Assembly: GCA_025352565.1 (NCBI GenBank)
Contig: JANXTF010000024.1
Location: forward strand, 6,001 to 70,000
Direction of reading: 5' to 3'
DNA: 64,000 nt
Origin: Rhodospirillales bacterium
GTDB taxonomy: Bacteria; Pseudomonadota; Alphaproteobacteria; Acetobacterales; Acetobacteraceae
The notes under the pieces were generated by a model. The model was not told the DNA's origin. It saw only the letters and a list, made by a program, of their open reading frames with translations, and did not search any database. Position numbers and translations under genes: made by a program. Of the stretch, positions 11,729-21,641 are shown piece after piece (the stretch's first letter is position 1; each line of letters begins with the position of its first letter).

Positions 11729-12631
11729 TTAGGTCGGCTCGAGGGCGCTGTCCGTTTCGGCCGCAGTCGGCAGGCTGCCTTGGGTCCCCGCGCGGGTGCA
11801 GCACAAAGCAGCGGCGGTATTGGCGCGATGAAGCGCGGGTCCCATGGCGAGGCCTCGGTCGAGCCCTGCGGCCAGCACGCCGACGAAACAGTCGCCGGCA
11901 GCGGTGGTGTCCACCACCGATACTTGCCGCGCGGGCAGGCGGAAGCGTCCGGCCGCGGTTTCCGCGTCGATTCCGTGGGCGCCAAGGGTCACGACCACGT
12001 CACAGCCCAACGTCGCGTGGAGCGAGGCGGCGTCGTTGCCTGTGCCGAGGCGGCTGGCGAGCCACGCGGCTTCCTGGCCGTTAGCGAGCAGCAGATCGAC
12101 CGCGTGCCAGGTTCGGTCAGGCATAGCCCCGTCGGGCAGGTCCGCAGCGGGAGCGAGGTTCAGCACCACGCGGGCACCGCCGGCGCGGGCGCGGTGGATC
12201 AGGCCCGCGGTCTCGCGCGGATCGACCTCCATCTGGAGCAGAACCGTGGTGCCGGCCCCGAGCAGCGCGTCCTCGACCTGCGCCGCGCGGGCGAACAGGT
12301 TGGCCCCGCTGGCCACCGCGATCAGGTTCTGCCCAGCATCGTCGACGCAGATCGAGGCGCAGCCGGTCCAGGCCTCGGTGACGGCCACGCGCGACAAATC
12401 GATGCCGCCGTGCCGCATCAGGCCGAGCGCCTCGGCGGCGAAGCGGTCGGTGCCTACGGCCCCGGCGAAAACCACTTTCGCGCCATCCCTTACGGCTGCC
12501 AGCGCCTGGTTGGCGCCCTTGCCGCCGGGTTCGATCCGCATCGCGGGGGTGGCGACGGTCTGGCCGGGCGCGGGAAGCTCAGTCACCCGGAATATCAGGT
12601 CGAGGTTGATCGAGCCGAAAACGACGATCAT
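11729..12631 (-). CDS. rbsK: Ribokinase (PfkB family)
   Basis: GGKGANQA and DTTAAGD signatures. The start is at MIVVFGS (ATG 12631), forming an ATGA overlap with the thyX stop. Confidence 0.85.
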   Translation of the reverse strand: MIVVFGSINLDLIFRVTELPAPGQTVATPAMRIEPGGKGANQALAAVRDGAKVVFAGAVGTDRFAAEALGLMRHGGIDLSRVAVTEAWTGCASICVDDAGQNLIAVASGANLFARAAQVEDALLGAGTTVLLQMEVDPRETAGLIHRARAGGARVVLNLAPAADLPDGAMPDRTWHAVDLLLANGQEAAWLASRLGTGNDAASLHATLGCDVVVTLGAHGIDAETAAGRFRLPARQVSVVDTTAAGDCFVGVLAAGLDRGLAMGPALHRANTAAALCCTRAGTQGSLPTAAETDSALEPT

Positions 12632-13575
12632 GGGTCTGGGCGTGGCGCAGCGAGAGCGTGCATCATCTCGGTCCATTCGCGCCTGGACAGGAAGCTGCCC
12701 GGCTGTTCGACCGCCTCACCGGCGAGCATCCGGCGGACCACGGCGAGCATTCCGGCCGAGAGCGTGATGGCGCCCATCCGGTAATCCATGAACGCCGCAT
12801 GGGTGGCCGGTACCCAGGCCTTCGCGGTCTCCAGCATCACGTCGGCATAGGCGCGGATTTCGTATTGCGCGTGGGCGTCGGCGCGCAGCGAGAGGAAGCC
12901 GAGCAGATTGTGCAGGTCGGTCTTCCAGTACCACTGGGTATACGTGTTGAGGGTGAGGTTCATGCGCGCGAGTTCACGGGCGAGGCCCTGGCGCGCCGGG
13001 TCGCGGGGCTGGCCGTCCGCGTCCTCGTTCAGCATGGCGGCGTAGTTGTCATAGGTGCGGGTGGCGTCGGCGCGCAGCAGGTCGAGCACGTCGGACGCCT
13101 CCTGGCCCTCCAGCACGGCGCCGCGTCCCTGGCGGTTGCTGTCGGACTGCGCGGCGAGGTGTTCGGGGGCGGGAATATAGAACTCGCGATCGAGGATGGA
13201 GTAGCGGGCGGAATATTCGTTCACGTTGGCCGTGCGGTGGCGGATCCACTGGCGTGCCACGAAAATGGGCAGCTTCACATGGTACTTGATCTCGCACATC
13301 TCGAACGGAGTGGAGTGGCGGTGGCGCATGAGGTAGCGGATCAGCCCGGCATCCTCGCTGACCCGCCTGGTGCCTCGGCCATAGGAAACGCGCGCCGCCT
13401 GCACGATTGCGGCATCGTCGCCCATGTAGTCGATCACACGGACGAAGCCGTGATCGAGCACCGGCAGCGCCTGATACAGCATCTCCTCCAACGCCGGGAC
13501 GCTGGCGCGGCGCGTGGGAGCGGTGGTGTCCCGCAGGGCGGCAATCTCGGCGCGCTGCACGTCGGTAAGATTCAT
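12628..13575 (-). CDS. thyX: FAD-dependent thymidylate synthase
   Basis: ThyX motif RHRHSTPFE...[18 protein letters not shown]. There is an ATGA overlap with the upstream P450 stop. Confidence 0.9.
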   Translation of the reverse strand: MNLTDVQRAEIAALRDTTAPTRRASVPALEEMLYQALPVLDHGFVRVIDYMGDDAAIVQAARVSYGRGTRRVSEDAGLIRYLMRHRHSTPFEMCEIKYHVKLPIFVARQWIRHRTANVNEYSARYSILDREFYIPAPEHLAAQSDSNRQGRGAVLEGQEASDVLDLLRADATRTYDNYAAMLNEDADGQPRDPARQGLARELARMNLTLNTYTQWYWKTDLHNLLGFLSLRADAHAQYEIRAYADVMLETAKAWVPATHAAFMDYRMGAITLSAGMLAVVRRMLAGEAVEQPGSFLSRREWTEMMHALAAPRPDP

Positions 13576-14840
13576 CGAAATTGGTCATTCAATTGCGGGC
13601 CGCAAAGCGACGGTCCCGGCGTGAACAAGGCGTGCAACGGACGGAAATCGCGAAGCTGCAAGCCGCCAAAGCGTGGCGGGGGTGCGTCCGGGTCGAGACG
13701 CAAATCCTCCACGCGATCGAGGAACGCGCGGATTGTTTCCTGCACCTCGAGGCGCGCCAGATTGGCGCCGACGCAGGTGCGGGGCCCGAAATTGAAGGCG
13801 ATGTGATCACGCGGATTGGTGCGGCCGAGATCGAGCCGGGCCGGGCATTCGTATCGCTGCGGATCGCGATTGGCGGCCGATTGAACCGAGATGACAGCCT
13901 GGTCCCGCAGAATGTCGGTGCCCGCCAAGGTGAAGTCCCGATTGGCACGCCTGCTGCGATAGTGGACGGGACCGTGTAGCCGAAGCGATTCCTCCACCAA
14001 GGCCCGAATCGCCTTCTCCCCATTTGCCTTGAGTTGATCGATCAGCCCCGGCTCGGTCATCATGAGATAAAGGGTGCTGGCCAGCGCGTGCGACGTGGTG
14101 CCGCTACCCGCAAACAGCATGTGACGCAGATTCGTCAGGATGTTCGGTAAATCCCAACCTGGGATCAGCTTCGGCACTTCGCGCCACATGCGGCTGATAA
14201 TGTCATCTCCGAGGCCGTTTCTCCGCTCCTCGACAAACGGCAGCAGCAGGTCTCCAAGTTTGCGCCCGGCCACCCGGGCGTTGGCGATGATCTCGGCATC
14301 TCCAGCCATCGAGAAGTTGAAGAAGGTCTCGATCGGCTTCATGGTCTCGTAGACCTCGTCAATCCATGCGTCGTCGCGCCACGGCAGCCCCATCACCGTC
14401 GCTATCGCGCGGATCGGCAACCGGTTTGCGTATTCGGGAATCAGATCGACATGGCCGTGTTCGATAAACCGATCGATCAGGCTGTTCACCAGGGGCCGCA
14501 CACTACTGACTCGGAATCGCTCCATGGCAGGTATGCTGTATTGTTGCAGCCACCAGGTATGGAGCCGGCGGTGATCCTCGCCCTCCATCAGCGTCAGGCT
14601 GCTGCTTCCCTGAATGTCACGCGCGATCTCGCCGAGGTCCTTGGTCCAGAACCGGATTGCATCGAGGTCGGTGCGCATCATCTCCCGGCAGCCATCGGCG
14701 GAAAGCACCAACCAGGCCTGCATGCCCGCATCCCAGATAACGTTTCCCCGCGCCCGCATCTCCTCGTAAATCGGATAGGGGTCCTGGCCCACGATCTGTC
14801 TGAGCGAGACGGGGCAACTTGGTGTTTCTGCGGTCGACAT
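13572..14840 (-). CDS. Cytochrome P450 monooxygenase
   Basis: Heme loop [15 protein letters not shown]-helix [12 protein letters not shown] and an ExxR region (EESLRL). ATG 14840 is preceded by AGGAGA. Confidence 0.9.
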   Translation of the reverse strand: MSTAETPSCPVSLRQIVGQDPYPIYEEMRARGNVIWDAGMQAWLVLSADGCREMMRTDLDAIRFWTKDLGEIARDIQGSSSLTLMEGEDHRRLHTWWLQQYSIPAMERFRVSSVRPLVNSLIDRFIEHGHVDLIPEYANRLPIRAIATVMGLPWRDDAWIDEVYETMKPIETFFNFSMAGDAEIIANARVAGRKLGDLLLPFVEERRNGLGDDIISRMWREVPKLIPGWDLPNILTNLRHMLFAGSGTTSHALASTLYLMMTEPGLIDQLKANGEKAIRALVEESLRLHGPVHYRSRRANRDFTLAGTDILRDQAVISVQSAANRDPQRYECPARLDLGRTNPRDHIAFNFGPRTCVGANLARLEVQETIRAFLDRVEDLRLDPDAPPPRFGGLQLRDFRPLHALFTPGPSLCGPQLNDQFR

Positions 14841-14842
14841 AG

Positions 14843-15604
14843 CTATCTCCTGATGCACGGCTGTTGTTCGTCGACGATCGGGGCGCCGGATGTCGGGAAT
14901 TGCATGAACACTATCTCAACACCCGTGGAACCCGCCACCAGGCGCAGCGGCTCCTCATTGGCGTTCGAGAAGATGCAGCAAAGAGGCCAGTACTCCTGGC
15001 TATTACATATTGCCGTTCCTGAAGTCACCACATGAAACTGGCCACCGCCCGAGGCTGGGCGCCGGCCAAGATAAGTTTGTCCCGGTGGAAGACGATAGAT
15101 GGATGCCGCGAGACCATCATCCTCCTGCGCATGGAAAACATGCTCGGTTCCCTGCCCTGTTTCCACCAGAGCGGCCGCTCGCGCCTGATCGGTGGCGCCG
15201 GCCATGAAGTAGCGACGCGTGGTCGAGCGATCCAACTTGGCGATCTCGCTCGGCATGAGCGCGAGACCGGGGATAATCGCGTCGCGGAGCACGAGATAAC
15301 CGAGTCCCTCAGGACCCGCGCGCAACGGCCCGTAGGCCGTGTAGGCGCCAGCATACTGCACCGTAATTGGCCTTACCTCGTAACGGCCGATCTTGCCCGA
15401 ACCGCTGACGACCACCTGAAACTGGTTGACGTAGTGAAAATGGGCGCCGAGGGTCGTGAGTGGGTCTTGCTCGACCAGCTTGCCGTTTCCGCGGCGGGTG
15501 CCGGAAGGCGCCTCCTCGCTGAGGAAGTCGCTCCGAAACGTGGGATAGCCGGGTGCCAGACGCCGGTTCGCAAGGGCGTCTTCACGGGTTCCAATGAGAG
15601 GCAT
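14843..15604 (-). CDS. Bicupin-like protein of unknown function
   Basis: Two cupin-like segments (GAHFHYVNQFQVVVSGSG and GGGQFHVVTSGTA). It sits between the SDR and the P450. I recalled no confident family name. Confidence 0.5.
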   Translation of the reverse strand: MPLIGTREDALANRRLAPGYPTFRSDFLSEEAPSGTRRGNGKLVEQDPLTTLGAHFHYVNQFQVVVSGSGKIGRYEVRPITVQYAGAYTAYGPLRAGPEGLGYLVLRDAIIPGLALMPSEIAKLDRSTTRRYFMAGATDQARAAALVETGQGTEHVFHAQEDDGLAASIYRLPPGQTYLGRRPASGGGQFHVVTSGTAICNSQEYWPLCCIFSNANEEPLRLVAGSTGVEIVFMQFPTSGAPIVDEQQPCIRR

Positions 15605-15641
15605 TGCACGTCATCTCCATGGTGATCCGTTCGATTTTTCG

Positions 15642-16427
15642 TCAGCCGCCCGCGCCCGGCTGATAGGCGGCTCCGGCGCCGCCATCCAGCGTCACGGAAA
15701 TGCCGGTGATGAACGCGGCTTCGGGGCTGAGCAACATTTTGACCACGTTCGCGACATCGTTCGGTTCAACGGCACGACCAAGAGGCGGCACGGTCGAAGG
15801 CTGGTAGCCGCCGGCAACAACCTTGGATCGAGCGGCACGGCGCATCGGGGTATCCATCGAGCCTGGCTCGATAGCGTTCACGAGAACGTGGTCGCGCGCC
15901 AGCTCGACCCCGAGAGTACGCACCATTTGACTTACCGCAGCCTTGGAGGCTGAGTAGATACCGACCCCAACCTTCGGCCGGGTTGCACCAAGCGAGGAAA
16001 CGATGATAACGCGCGACGGTCGGTCTGCCGTCGCGGTCGCACGAAGCAGCTTCAACCCCGACTGCACGCAAAGCCAGGGAGCACGGGTATTTACATCGAA
16101 GATGAGGTCGAATTCGTCGACGCTCATGCTTTCCATCGGGGCGACGCGAAGAATCCCGGCACAGCAGACGATGGCATGAAGCATCCCGAAACGACCACCG
16201 ATCGCGTCGAACGCGCCGCGGATCGAGGCGGGTTCGCGCAAGTCGCACTTGAGCGGCAATAGCTGATCTGCCCCATCCCGCCCGAACGCCTTGAGGTCTC
16301 CTGGGATTGCCATGACGTCGATGGCGGCAACGGCCCAACCCTGCTTCAGCAGCGCGGCGGTTACGGCATATCCAACACCGGACGCGGCACCGGTGACCGC
16401 GGCTACCTGGATGGTGCGTTCGGTCAT
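15642..16427 (-). CDS. Short-chain dehydrogenase/reductase (SDR)
   Basis: TGAASGVG cofactor motif and catalytic YSASKAAV. There is an ATGA overlap with the permease stop. Confidence 0.88.
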   Translation of the reverse strand: MTERTIQVAAVTGAASGVGYAVTAALLKQGWAVAAIDVMAIPGDLKAFGRDGADQLLPLKCDLREPASIRGAFDAIGGRFGMLHAIVCCAGILRVAPMESMSVDEFDLIFDVNTRAPWLCVQSGLKLLRATATADRPSRVIIVSSLGATRPKVGVGIYSASKAAVSQMVRTLGVELARDHVLVNAIEPGSMDTPMRRAARSKVVAGGYQPSTVPPLGRAVEPNDVANVVKMLLSPEAAFITGISVTLDGGAGAAYQPGAGG

Positions 16428-18115
16428 GTCTGCTGACTCCTGCTTCGGCCCAAGATACCCGCGAGGATGACGACAACTCCCACGATCACGGCCTGTAGCA
16501 ACGCGACCACGCTACTTTGGCCGACGCTTCCACTGTCCGAGATCAGCGTCCAAACCATGACGGACAGCGTCTCCTGTCCGGGAGCGCGGAGCACCAGGGG
16601 CACACTCACCTGGATCGTGGTCAGAATGAAGGCAAACAACCAGCCTGAAATCAGCTGGTCGCGTAACATGGGCAGCACGATCGTGAAAAGGCGGTAACCG
16701 GGTCCTGCGCCAAGCAAACGCGCGGAGAACTCCGCTTCCAGACCGAGTTGCCGAAGCGCCGCATCCATGCTTCGGACGGCGGTGGGAACCGTCACGGTCG
16801 CAAGTGCTATCATCAGCGCCCACACCGTGCCGTAAATCCCGAGCGGCAGCCACAGATATGCCCACAGGAAGCCGAGGCTCAGAACGATCGCGGGCACCCC
16901 GATCGGGAGCATCGAAATGGCGTCCACCACGGCGGTGCCCCGAAATTCCCGACGCACGACGGCGTAGGATACCAGAAAGCCAAAAACCATCGTGGCGGTT
17001 GCAACGCCCGCCGACAGGATAAGCGTATTTACGACCGCGCCCGTCACCTGCGGGTTGGCGATGACGCGAACGTAATTGTCGAACGTGAAAAGGGCGAGGC
17101 TCGGCCGCGGACTCTGAAATCGGAGAAACGAGGTCGCCAGCAGCGCAAGCAGGGGAAGAATGACCACCGAGAGCAGATAAAGCCAGATCAGCATCAGGCC
17201 CGGAACACGCCATCGCCCGAGCGTCGAGCGGCGCCGAACGAAGCCGCGGGACTGCGTCGTCACGAAGCGCTCGCCATCCGTCAGTGCCCGCCGATATAAC
17301 GCGAGAGCTACCAGCGCGGTGAGGATCAGAACCGTCCCGGCCGCCGCGGCAAGATTGAAATTCGCGGGCACGTTGAGCATCATCTCGTAAATCTTGAGCG
17401 GTAGGTTGGTGAACCGGAATCGCGTGCCGAATACCGCCGGTTCCGCAAACATGGAAACCGAGAGGATGAACACGAGCATTGCCGCCGCGAGCAACTGCGG
17501 CCGCAGCATCGGCAACGTCACGCTTCGCAACGTACGCAACGGCCGGGCGCCAAGTATGGCACTTGCGTCTTCATACCCGCCGTCGAACGCGCGCAACGTG
17601 CCGCTTAGCATCAGGTAAACGTATGGCGTATAGTAAAGTCCGATGAACAGGATTATCGACGTGAGCGAATAGACGTTCAGAAGTCCGCCTCCGATTGGCA
17701 AATATACGTTGAGAAATCCGATGCGAGGGGCTGCGAGCACGACCCAACCGACCGCAAGCGACAGCGGTGAGAGGTAGAGTGGCGTGAGTAAGGCGGGACG
17801 AAGCCAGCGATGACCTGGCAAGTCCGTCCGATCGACCAGCCACGCAAGCAGAGTGCCAAGCACGAGCGCGATCAGTGTTCCCGGCACGCACGTCATCAGC
17901 GTGCCGAATAACGGTGCCAGAATGGTGCTCGACGTGTAGACCTGCACGACGTTGGCGAAGGTCCATGTGGCCGTCGGACTTCCCGGTGTTCCGTCGCGGA
18001 AGGTCGCGAACATCACCATGCCGATCGGCGCCAGGATCGCCGACATCACAAGACCGCTGGCGACGAGCAGCACGATGCGCGAGATAGCCCGGTCGACGCG
18101 AACGGCTCCGCTCAC
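16424..18115 (-). CDS. ABC transporter permease, fused two-domain (iron(III)/thiamine/polyamine-type)
   Basis: 563 aa, highly hydrophobic, with two repeated permease halves. There is a GTGA overlap with the ATPase stop. Confidence 0.8.
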   Translation of the reverse strand: MSGAVRVDRAISRIVLLVASGLVMSAILAPIGMVMFATFRDGTPGSPTATWTFANVVQVYTSSTILAPLFGTLMTCVPGTLIALVLGTLLAWLVDRTDLPGHRWLRPALLTPLYLSPLSLAVGWVVLAAPRIGFLNVYLPIGGGLLNVYSLTSIILFIGLYYTPYVYLMLSGTLRAFDGGYEDASAILGARPLRTLRSVTLPMLRPQLLAAAMLVFILSVSMFAEPAVFGTRFRFTNLPLKIYEMMLNVPANFNLAAAAGTVLILTALVALALYRRALTDGERFVTTQSRGFVRRRSTLGRWRVPGLMLIWLYLLSVVILPLLALLATSFLRFQSPRPSLALFTFDNYVRVIANPQVTGAVVNTLILSAGVATATMVFGFLVSYAVVRREFRGTAVVDAISMLPIGVPAIVLSLGFLWAYLWLPLGIYGTVWALMIALATVTVPTAVRSMDAALRQLGLEAEFSARLLGAGPGYRLFTIVLPMLRDQLISGWLFAFILTTIQVSVPLVLRAPGQETLSVMVWTLISDSGSVGQSSVVALLQAVIVGVVVILAGILGRSRSQQT

Positions 18116-19287
18116 GCAAGCCTCTCCGGCCGATCGTGGGTGGGCAATACCACGACGCGCTCGGGCCGAATGCGCAGAGCCACTTCGGCCGGCAATGTCA
18201 TCGCCTCGTACCCGGTCAGATGCGCTGCCAGCCGCAACTCACCGCATCGCAGAACGAGTTGGGTAGCGCCACCGACGTAAAGACGACTGGTGATCTCGCC
18301 AGCAAACCAATCCCCGCCGACGACCGACCGCGGCGCCACCTCCAGTTCGTTCTCTCGGACGGCAACGGTGAGAGGGGTGCCGGCGTGGGTGGTTGGAACA
18401 GGCATACGCACGCCGGCATGTTCCAGTCGGACGACCGTTTGCGCGCCGTCCTTTTCGGCAATCCCGGGGAAGAAATTGGCGAAGCCGAAGAACGCCGCGG
18501 CGAAGCGGGACGCCGGTTCCTCGAACATCTCACGTGGCGTGCCGTATTGGACGATCCGACCCCGGTCCATGAGGAAGATACGATCGGAGAGCGCCATGGC
18601 TTCCTCCTGATCGTGGGTGACGTAGATGGCCGTGGTACCCAGGCGCTTCAGCAGGTCGCGCATGTCGCGGCGCATCTCGACCCGCAGCTTGGCGTCGAGA
18701 TTGCTGAACGGTTCGTCGAGGAGCAAAACCTCCGGATCGACCGCGAGGCTCCGCGCGACGGAGACGCGCTGCTGTTGCCCGCCACTCAGTTGATGCGGAT
18801 AACGACCTTCGAGACCGGCAAGACCAAGCAACGCCATGAGGTCTGAAACCTTGGCCGCGATCGCTCTCGAGGGCTGGCGGCGCAGCCGGAGGCCATACCC
18901 TATATTTTGCGCGGCCGTCATGTGCGGCCAGAGAACGTAGTTCTGAAACACCATGGACAGCCCACGTTCCTCCGGCGGCACAAAAATGCCGTCGCCGACA
19001 ATCACGCGGCTGCCGATGCGGATGGTGCCGCTGTCGGGCTTATGAAAACCTGCAATGCAGCGCAACGTCGTGGTCTTGCCGCAGCCGCTGGGGCCGAGCA
19101 GGCTGCCGACTTCGCCACGGGCAAGCGTGAGCGTGACATCGCGGATAGCGGCACCGTTGCCGAACTGCTTTCCAAGTCCGATGAGGCTCAGCGCCTCGCC
19201 CTCGCCTGACCGGACGTTTGTGCCGAGCGGACCGGCCTGGACGCGCGATGGCGACACATGTGGCAGATGCACGGGGGCAGATGCCAT
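18112..19287 (-). CDS. ABC transporter ATP-binding protein (PotA/FbpC-like with C-terminal TOBE-like domain)
   Basis: Walker A GPSGCGKTT, signature LSGGQQQRV and Walker B LLLDEP. A strong AGGAGG lies 5 nt upstream of ATG 19287. Confidence 0.88.
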   Translation of the reverse strand: MASAPVHLPHVSPSRVQAGPLGTNVRSGEGEALSLIGLGKQFGNGAAIRDVTLTLARGEVGSLLGPSGCGKTTTLRCIAGFHKPDSGTIRIGSRVIVGDGIFVPPEERGLSMVFQNYVLWPHMTAAQNIGYGLRLRRQPSRAIAAKVSDLMALLGLAGLEGRYPHQLSGGQQQRVSVARSLAVDPEVLLLDEPFSNLDAKLRVEMRRDMRDLLKRLGTTAIYVTHDQEEAMALSDRIFLMDRGRIVQYGTPREMFEEPASRFAAAFFGFANFFPGIAEKDGAQTVVRLEHAGVRMPVPTTHAGTPLTVAVRENELEVAPRSVVGGDWFAGEITSRLYVGGATQLVLRCGELRLAAHLTGYEAMTLPAEVALRIRPERVVVLPTHDRPERLA

Positions 19288-19340
19288 ATTCCCTCCTAAT
19301 GCTCTTGCCAGCCTGATCTCGCGGGGCCAAATCGGTAATT

Positions 19341-19360
19341 CATTATAATGGTCCGGTCAA
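19341..19360. promoter_or_regulatory. Candidate promoter/operator in the divergent ABC region
   Basis: A 10-bp perfect palindrome cattataatg (TATAAT on both strands) abuts TGGTCCGGTCA, whose left half equals the FadR-type half site TGGTCCG as I remember it. I found no convincing -35 element. Confidence 0.3.
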
Positions 19361-19518
19361 CAAGCGCGCCTGGGAGGAGAGCCGCCGTCGGGCCGCGTTG
19401 CCATCGGACAATTCGCGGTTGCCCATCGGGCCTGAATAGTATCATGGTTTGCCCATACGAAGGGCGAACCTCGGCGAGCGACCAGCGGTCGCGGCCGCGC
19501 CCAAAGGGAGAGAATGCT

Positions 19519-20631
19519 ATGGACGTCGCCAAGAGCCCGCGTTTGGTGAAGCGGCGAGCGGCTCTCGCCGCGATGGCAGGTGGGGCCTTCATCGCGCCGG
19601 ATCGGGTCCGGGCCGAGCCGTCGGCGCCGTTCGACGAGCGCTTTCGCGATCTCATCAAGGCGGCGCGGGCCGAAGGTGAGGTGACCTGGTATCAGGGAAG
19701 CCTGGAGGCCGCCGGCCGCGACTTTTCGGTGATGTTCCAAAAGCGTTTCGGCGTGAAGGTCAACCACGTATTCGGCATCGGTTCGCCCGCCTTCGAGCGG
19801 TTTCGAGCCGAGGCCAGAGCGGGAAAGACCGTGGGCGATGTGTTTAATGCCACCGATGCGATCCTCATGTATCAGTTGATGAAGGAAGGCCTGATCGCCG
19901 ACTACCGAACCGCCTCGGTGGACGACTTCCCGGATGGTTGGACAATGCGGGTCGGCGGCGGGATCGCTTATCCGACCTCGCGCACGCAGATGGTGTTCAT
20001 GTGGAACACGCAGTCGGTGACTCCGGAAAAGGCCAAACTGTTGCGGCAGTGGAAAGGTTTGCTGGACCCGTCATTTGGAGATGGCCGGATGGGATTGGGC
20101 GATGCCACGCGGAGCGGCGGCGTCTATGCGGCCTATCACTATCTCCTGCGCGCCAACCCGCAACAATATGGTCTGCCCTTTCTGAGGGGTATCGCCGCGC
20201 AGAAGCCGGTGCTGTTCGCGGCGCATACCGAAATGGGCGCGCAAATCGCCTCTGGCGCGTTGGATGTCGGGGTCACGTTCGATCCGGTGTCGCTGCAGCA
20301 ATACGAGTTGGGCGCGCCGATCGGCTTCGCGTTCCCCGACCCGACCCCGGCTGTTCTACTGATGACCGGTGTGGCAAAAACCGCGCCGCACCCCAGTGCG
20401 GCACGGCTTCTTATGGAATACACCACGAGCGCCGAGGGCATGGTGGAGTGGGGCAAGCTGTATCGTGCGGGCCTCGGCCGACCCGCTCTCGATGCGAAGA
20501 TCGTGCAGCGGGTGGTGCGGGAGCCTTGGTTTGCACCGCCGCCCACGAACTATGTGATTACCGACGCGGAAGCCGCGGCCCGCGATCATGACGCCGTCAT
20601 CAAGGAGTGGAGCAGCGTGTTCAAGCCGTGA
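19519..20631 (+). CDS. ABC transporter periplasmic substrate-binding protein (family-1, Fe3+/polyamine-like) with Tat-like signal
   Basis: MDVAKSPRLVKRRAALAAMAGGAFIAP is a signal peptide. ATG 19519 is preceded by GGGAGAG. It is divergent from the ATPase/permease operon. Confidence 0.8.
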   Translation: MDVAKSPRLVKRRAALAAMAGGAFIAPDRVRAEPSAPFDERFRDLIKAARAEGEVTWYQGSLEAAGRDFSVMFQKRFGVKVNHVFGIGSPAFERFRAEARAGKTVGDVFNATDAILMYQLMKEGLIADYRTASVDDFPDGWTMRVGGGIAYPTSRTQMVFMWNTQSVTPEKAKLLRQWKGLLDPSFGDGRMGLGDATRSGGVYAAYHYLLRANPQQYGLPFLRGIAAQKPVLFAAHTEMGAQIASGALDVGVTFDPVSLQQYELGAPIGFAFPDPTPAVLLMTGVAKTAPHPSAARLLMEYTTSAEGMVEWGKLYRAGLGRPALDAKIVQRVVREPWFAPPPTNYVITDAEAAARDHDAVIKEWSSVFKP

Positions 20632-20740
20632 AATGTCGGGACGCGCTTGCTTCCGTGGACGGCCAGACGCGCGCTGCGGCTGAATTCGTGACATCCAGCC
20701 AGGACAATTGACTGTCCGGTCGCGCATCGAGGAACATTGA

Positions 20741-21538
20741 ATGTCCGCAAGGAAATTGGCCGTTGCGACTGATCGGTCGAAGAAGCCGATTTCGACCGAT
20801 GCCGTGTGGCACAAGTCGCGCCGACCGATGAAGATGTCGGACAAGCTCGCCCGTCAGATCGTCGACGACATCCTGGCCAAGGGCTTGCGCTGCGGCTGCA
20901 TGCTGCCGACCGAAGCCGAAATGACCCGCGATTACAGCGTGAGTCGTGGTACCTTGAGGGAGGCCCTGCGCCTGCTCGAGGTTCAGGGAATAATCACCAT
21001 AAAGCCCGGTCCACGCGGTGGTCCGATGATCGCCGATCCCGAACCGGCCGATTTCGCGCGGATGATGCGCTTCTACCTTCGCATGCGGGGAGCGACATAT
21101 CGCGAGGTGTTGGGCGCGCGGCTGGCGATCGAGCCGATGATGGCCCGCCTCGCCGCGGACGCGCAGGACGAGAAGGGGATCGCGGAGCTTCGTCGTGTCA
21201 TCGCATTGTGTGAGCAGGCCGACCCCAGCAATGAGGCGGAGTGGCTCAGTACATCGCATTTGTTCCATGCGACAATCGCCGGGATTTCCGGGAACGCGGT
21301 GCTCGACCTGCTCGGAATGTCGCTGAAGGACGTCTATCATAGTTGGGCACTGACCAGTCTGGCCCCTTTGAAGTTGCGGGCGAAGGTGCTGTCGGTGCAT
21401 CGGGCGATCGCCGACGCGATCCTGGGAGGCAAGGGCCTGGAGGCCGAACGCCTCATGGCCGACCACATGATGTTCTACGCCGAGCAGAGCGGCAAAGTGC
21501 ATGCAGCGAGCCTCGATGATCGCATCGAGTGGGGATAG
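20741..21538 (+). CDS. GntR-family transcriptional regulator, FadR/FCD subfamily
   Basis: wHTH LPTEAEMTRDYSVSRGTLREALRLLEVQGIITIKPG plus an all-helical C-terminal FCD-like domain. The true start may be the internal ATG at 20828. Confidence 0.85.
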   Translation: MSARKLAVATDRSKKPISTDAVWHKSRRPMKMSDKLARQIVDDILAKGLRCGCMLPTEAEMTRDYSVSRGTLREALRLLEVQGIITIKPGPRGGPMIADPEPADFARMMRFYLRMRGATYREVLGARLAIEPMMARLAADAQDEKGIAELRRVIALCEQADPSNEAEWLSTSHLFHATIAGISGNAVLDLLGMSLKDVYHSWALTSLAPLKLRAKVLSVHRAIADAILGGKGLEAERLMADHMMFYAEQSGKVHAASLDDRIEWG

Positions 21539-21586
21539 CGCCGCGCGAAACCCCTGGCACCGAACTGTCCGCCAGCAGTCGTTCTT

Positions 21587-21620
21587 GTCTAAACCGGGAT
21601 ATTGGTTATCATAGTTAGAC
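21587..21620. promoter_or_regulatory. Candidate operator upstream of the acyl-CoA dehydrogenase operon
   Basis: Inverted repeat GTCTAA-N22-TTAGAC encloses the AT-rich ATTGGTTATCATAG. It lies 20-100 nt upstream of the possible ACAD starts. Confidence 0.3.
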
Positions 21621-21641
21621 CGTCCGCCAACTGGCGGATCG

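Noticed and set aside
19341-19350. Calling cattataatg a defined sigma-70 promoter.
   Set aside because: TATAAT is present on both strands, but no acceptable -35 hexamer lies at 16-18 nt spacing on either strand. It is kept only as a low-confidence regulatory candidate.
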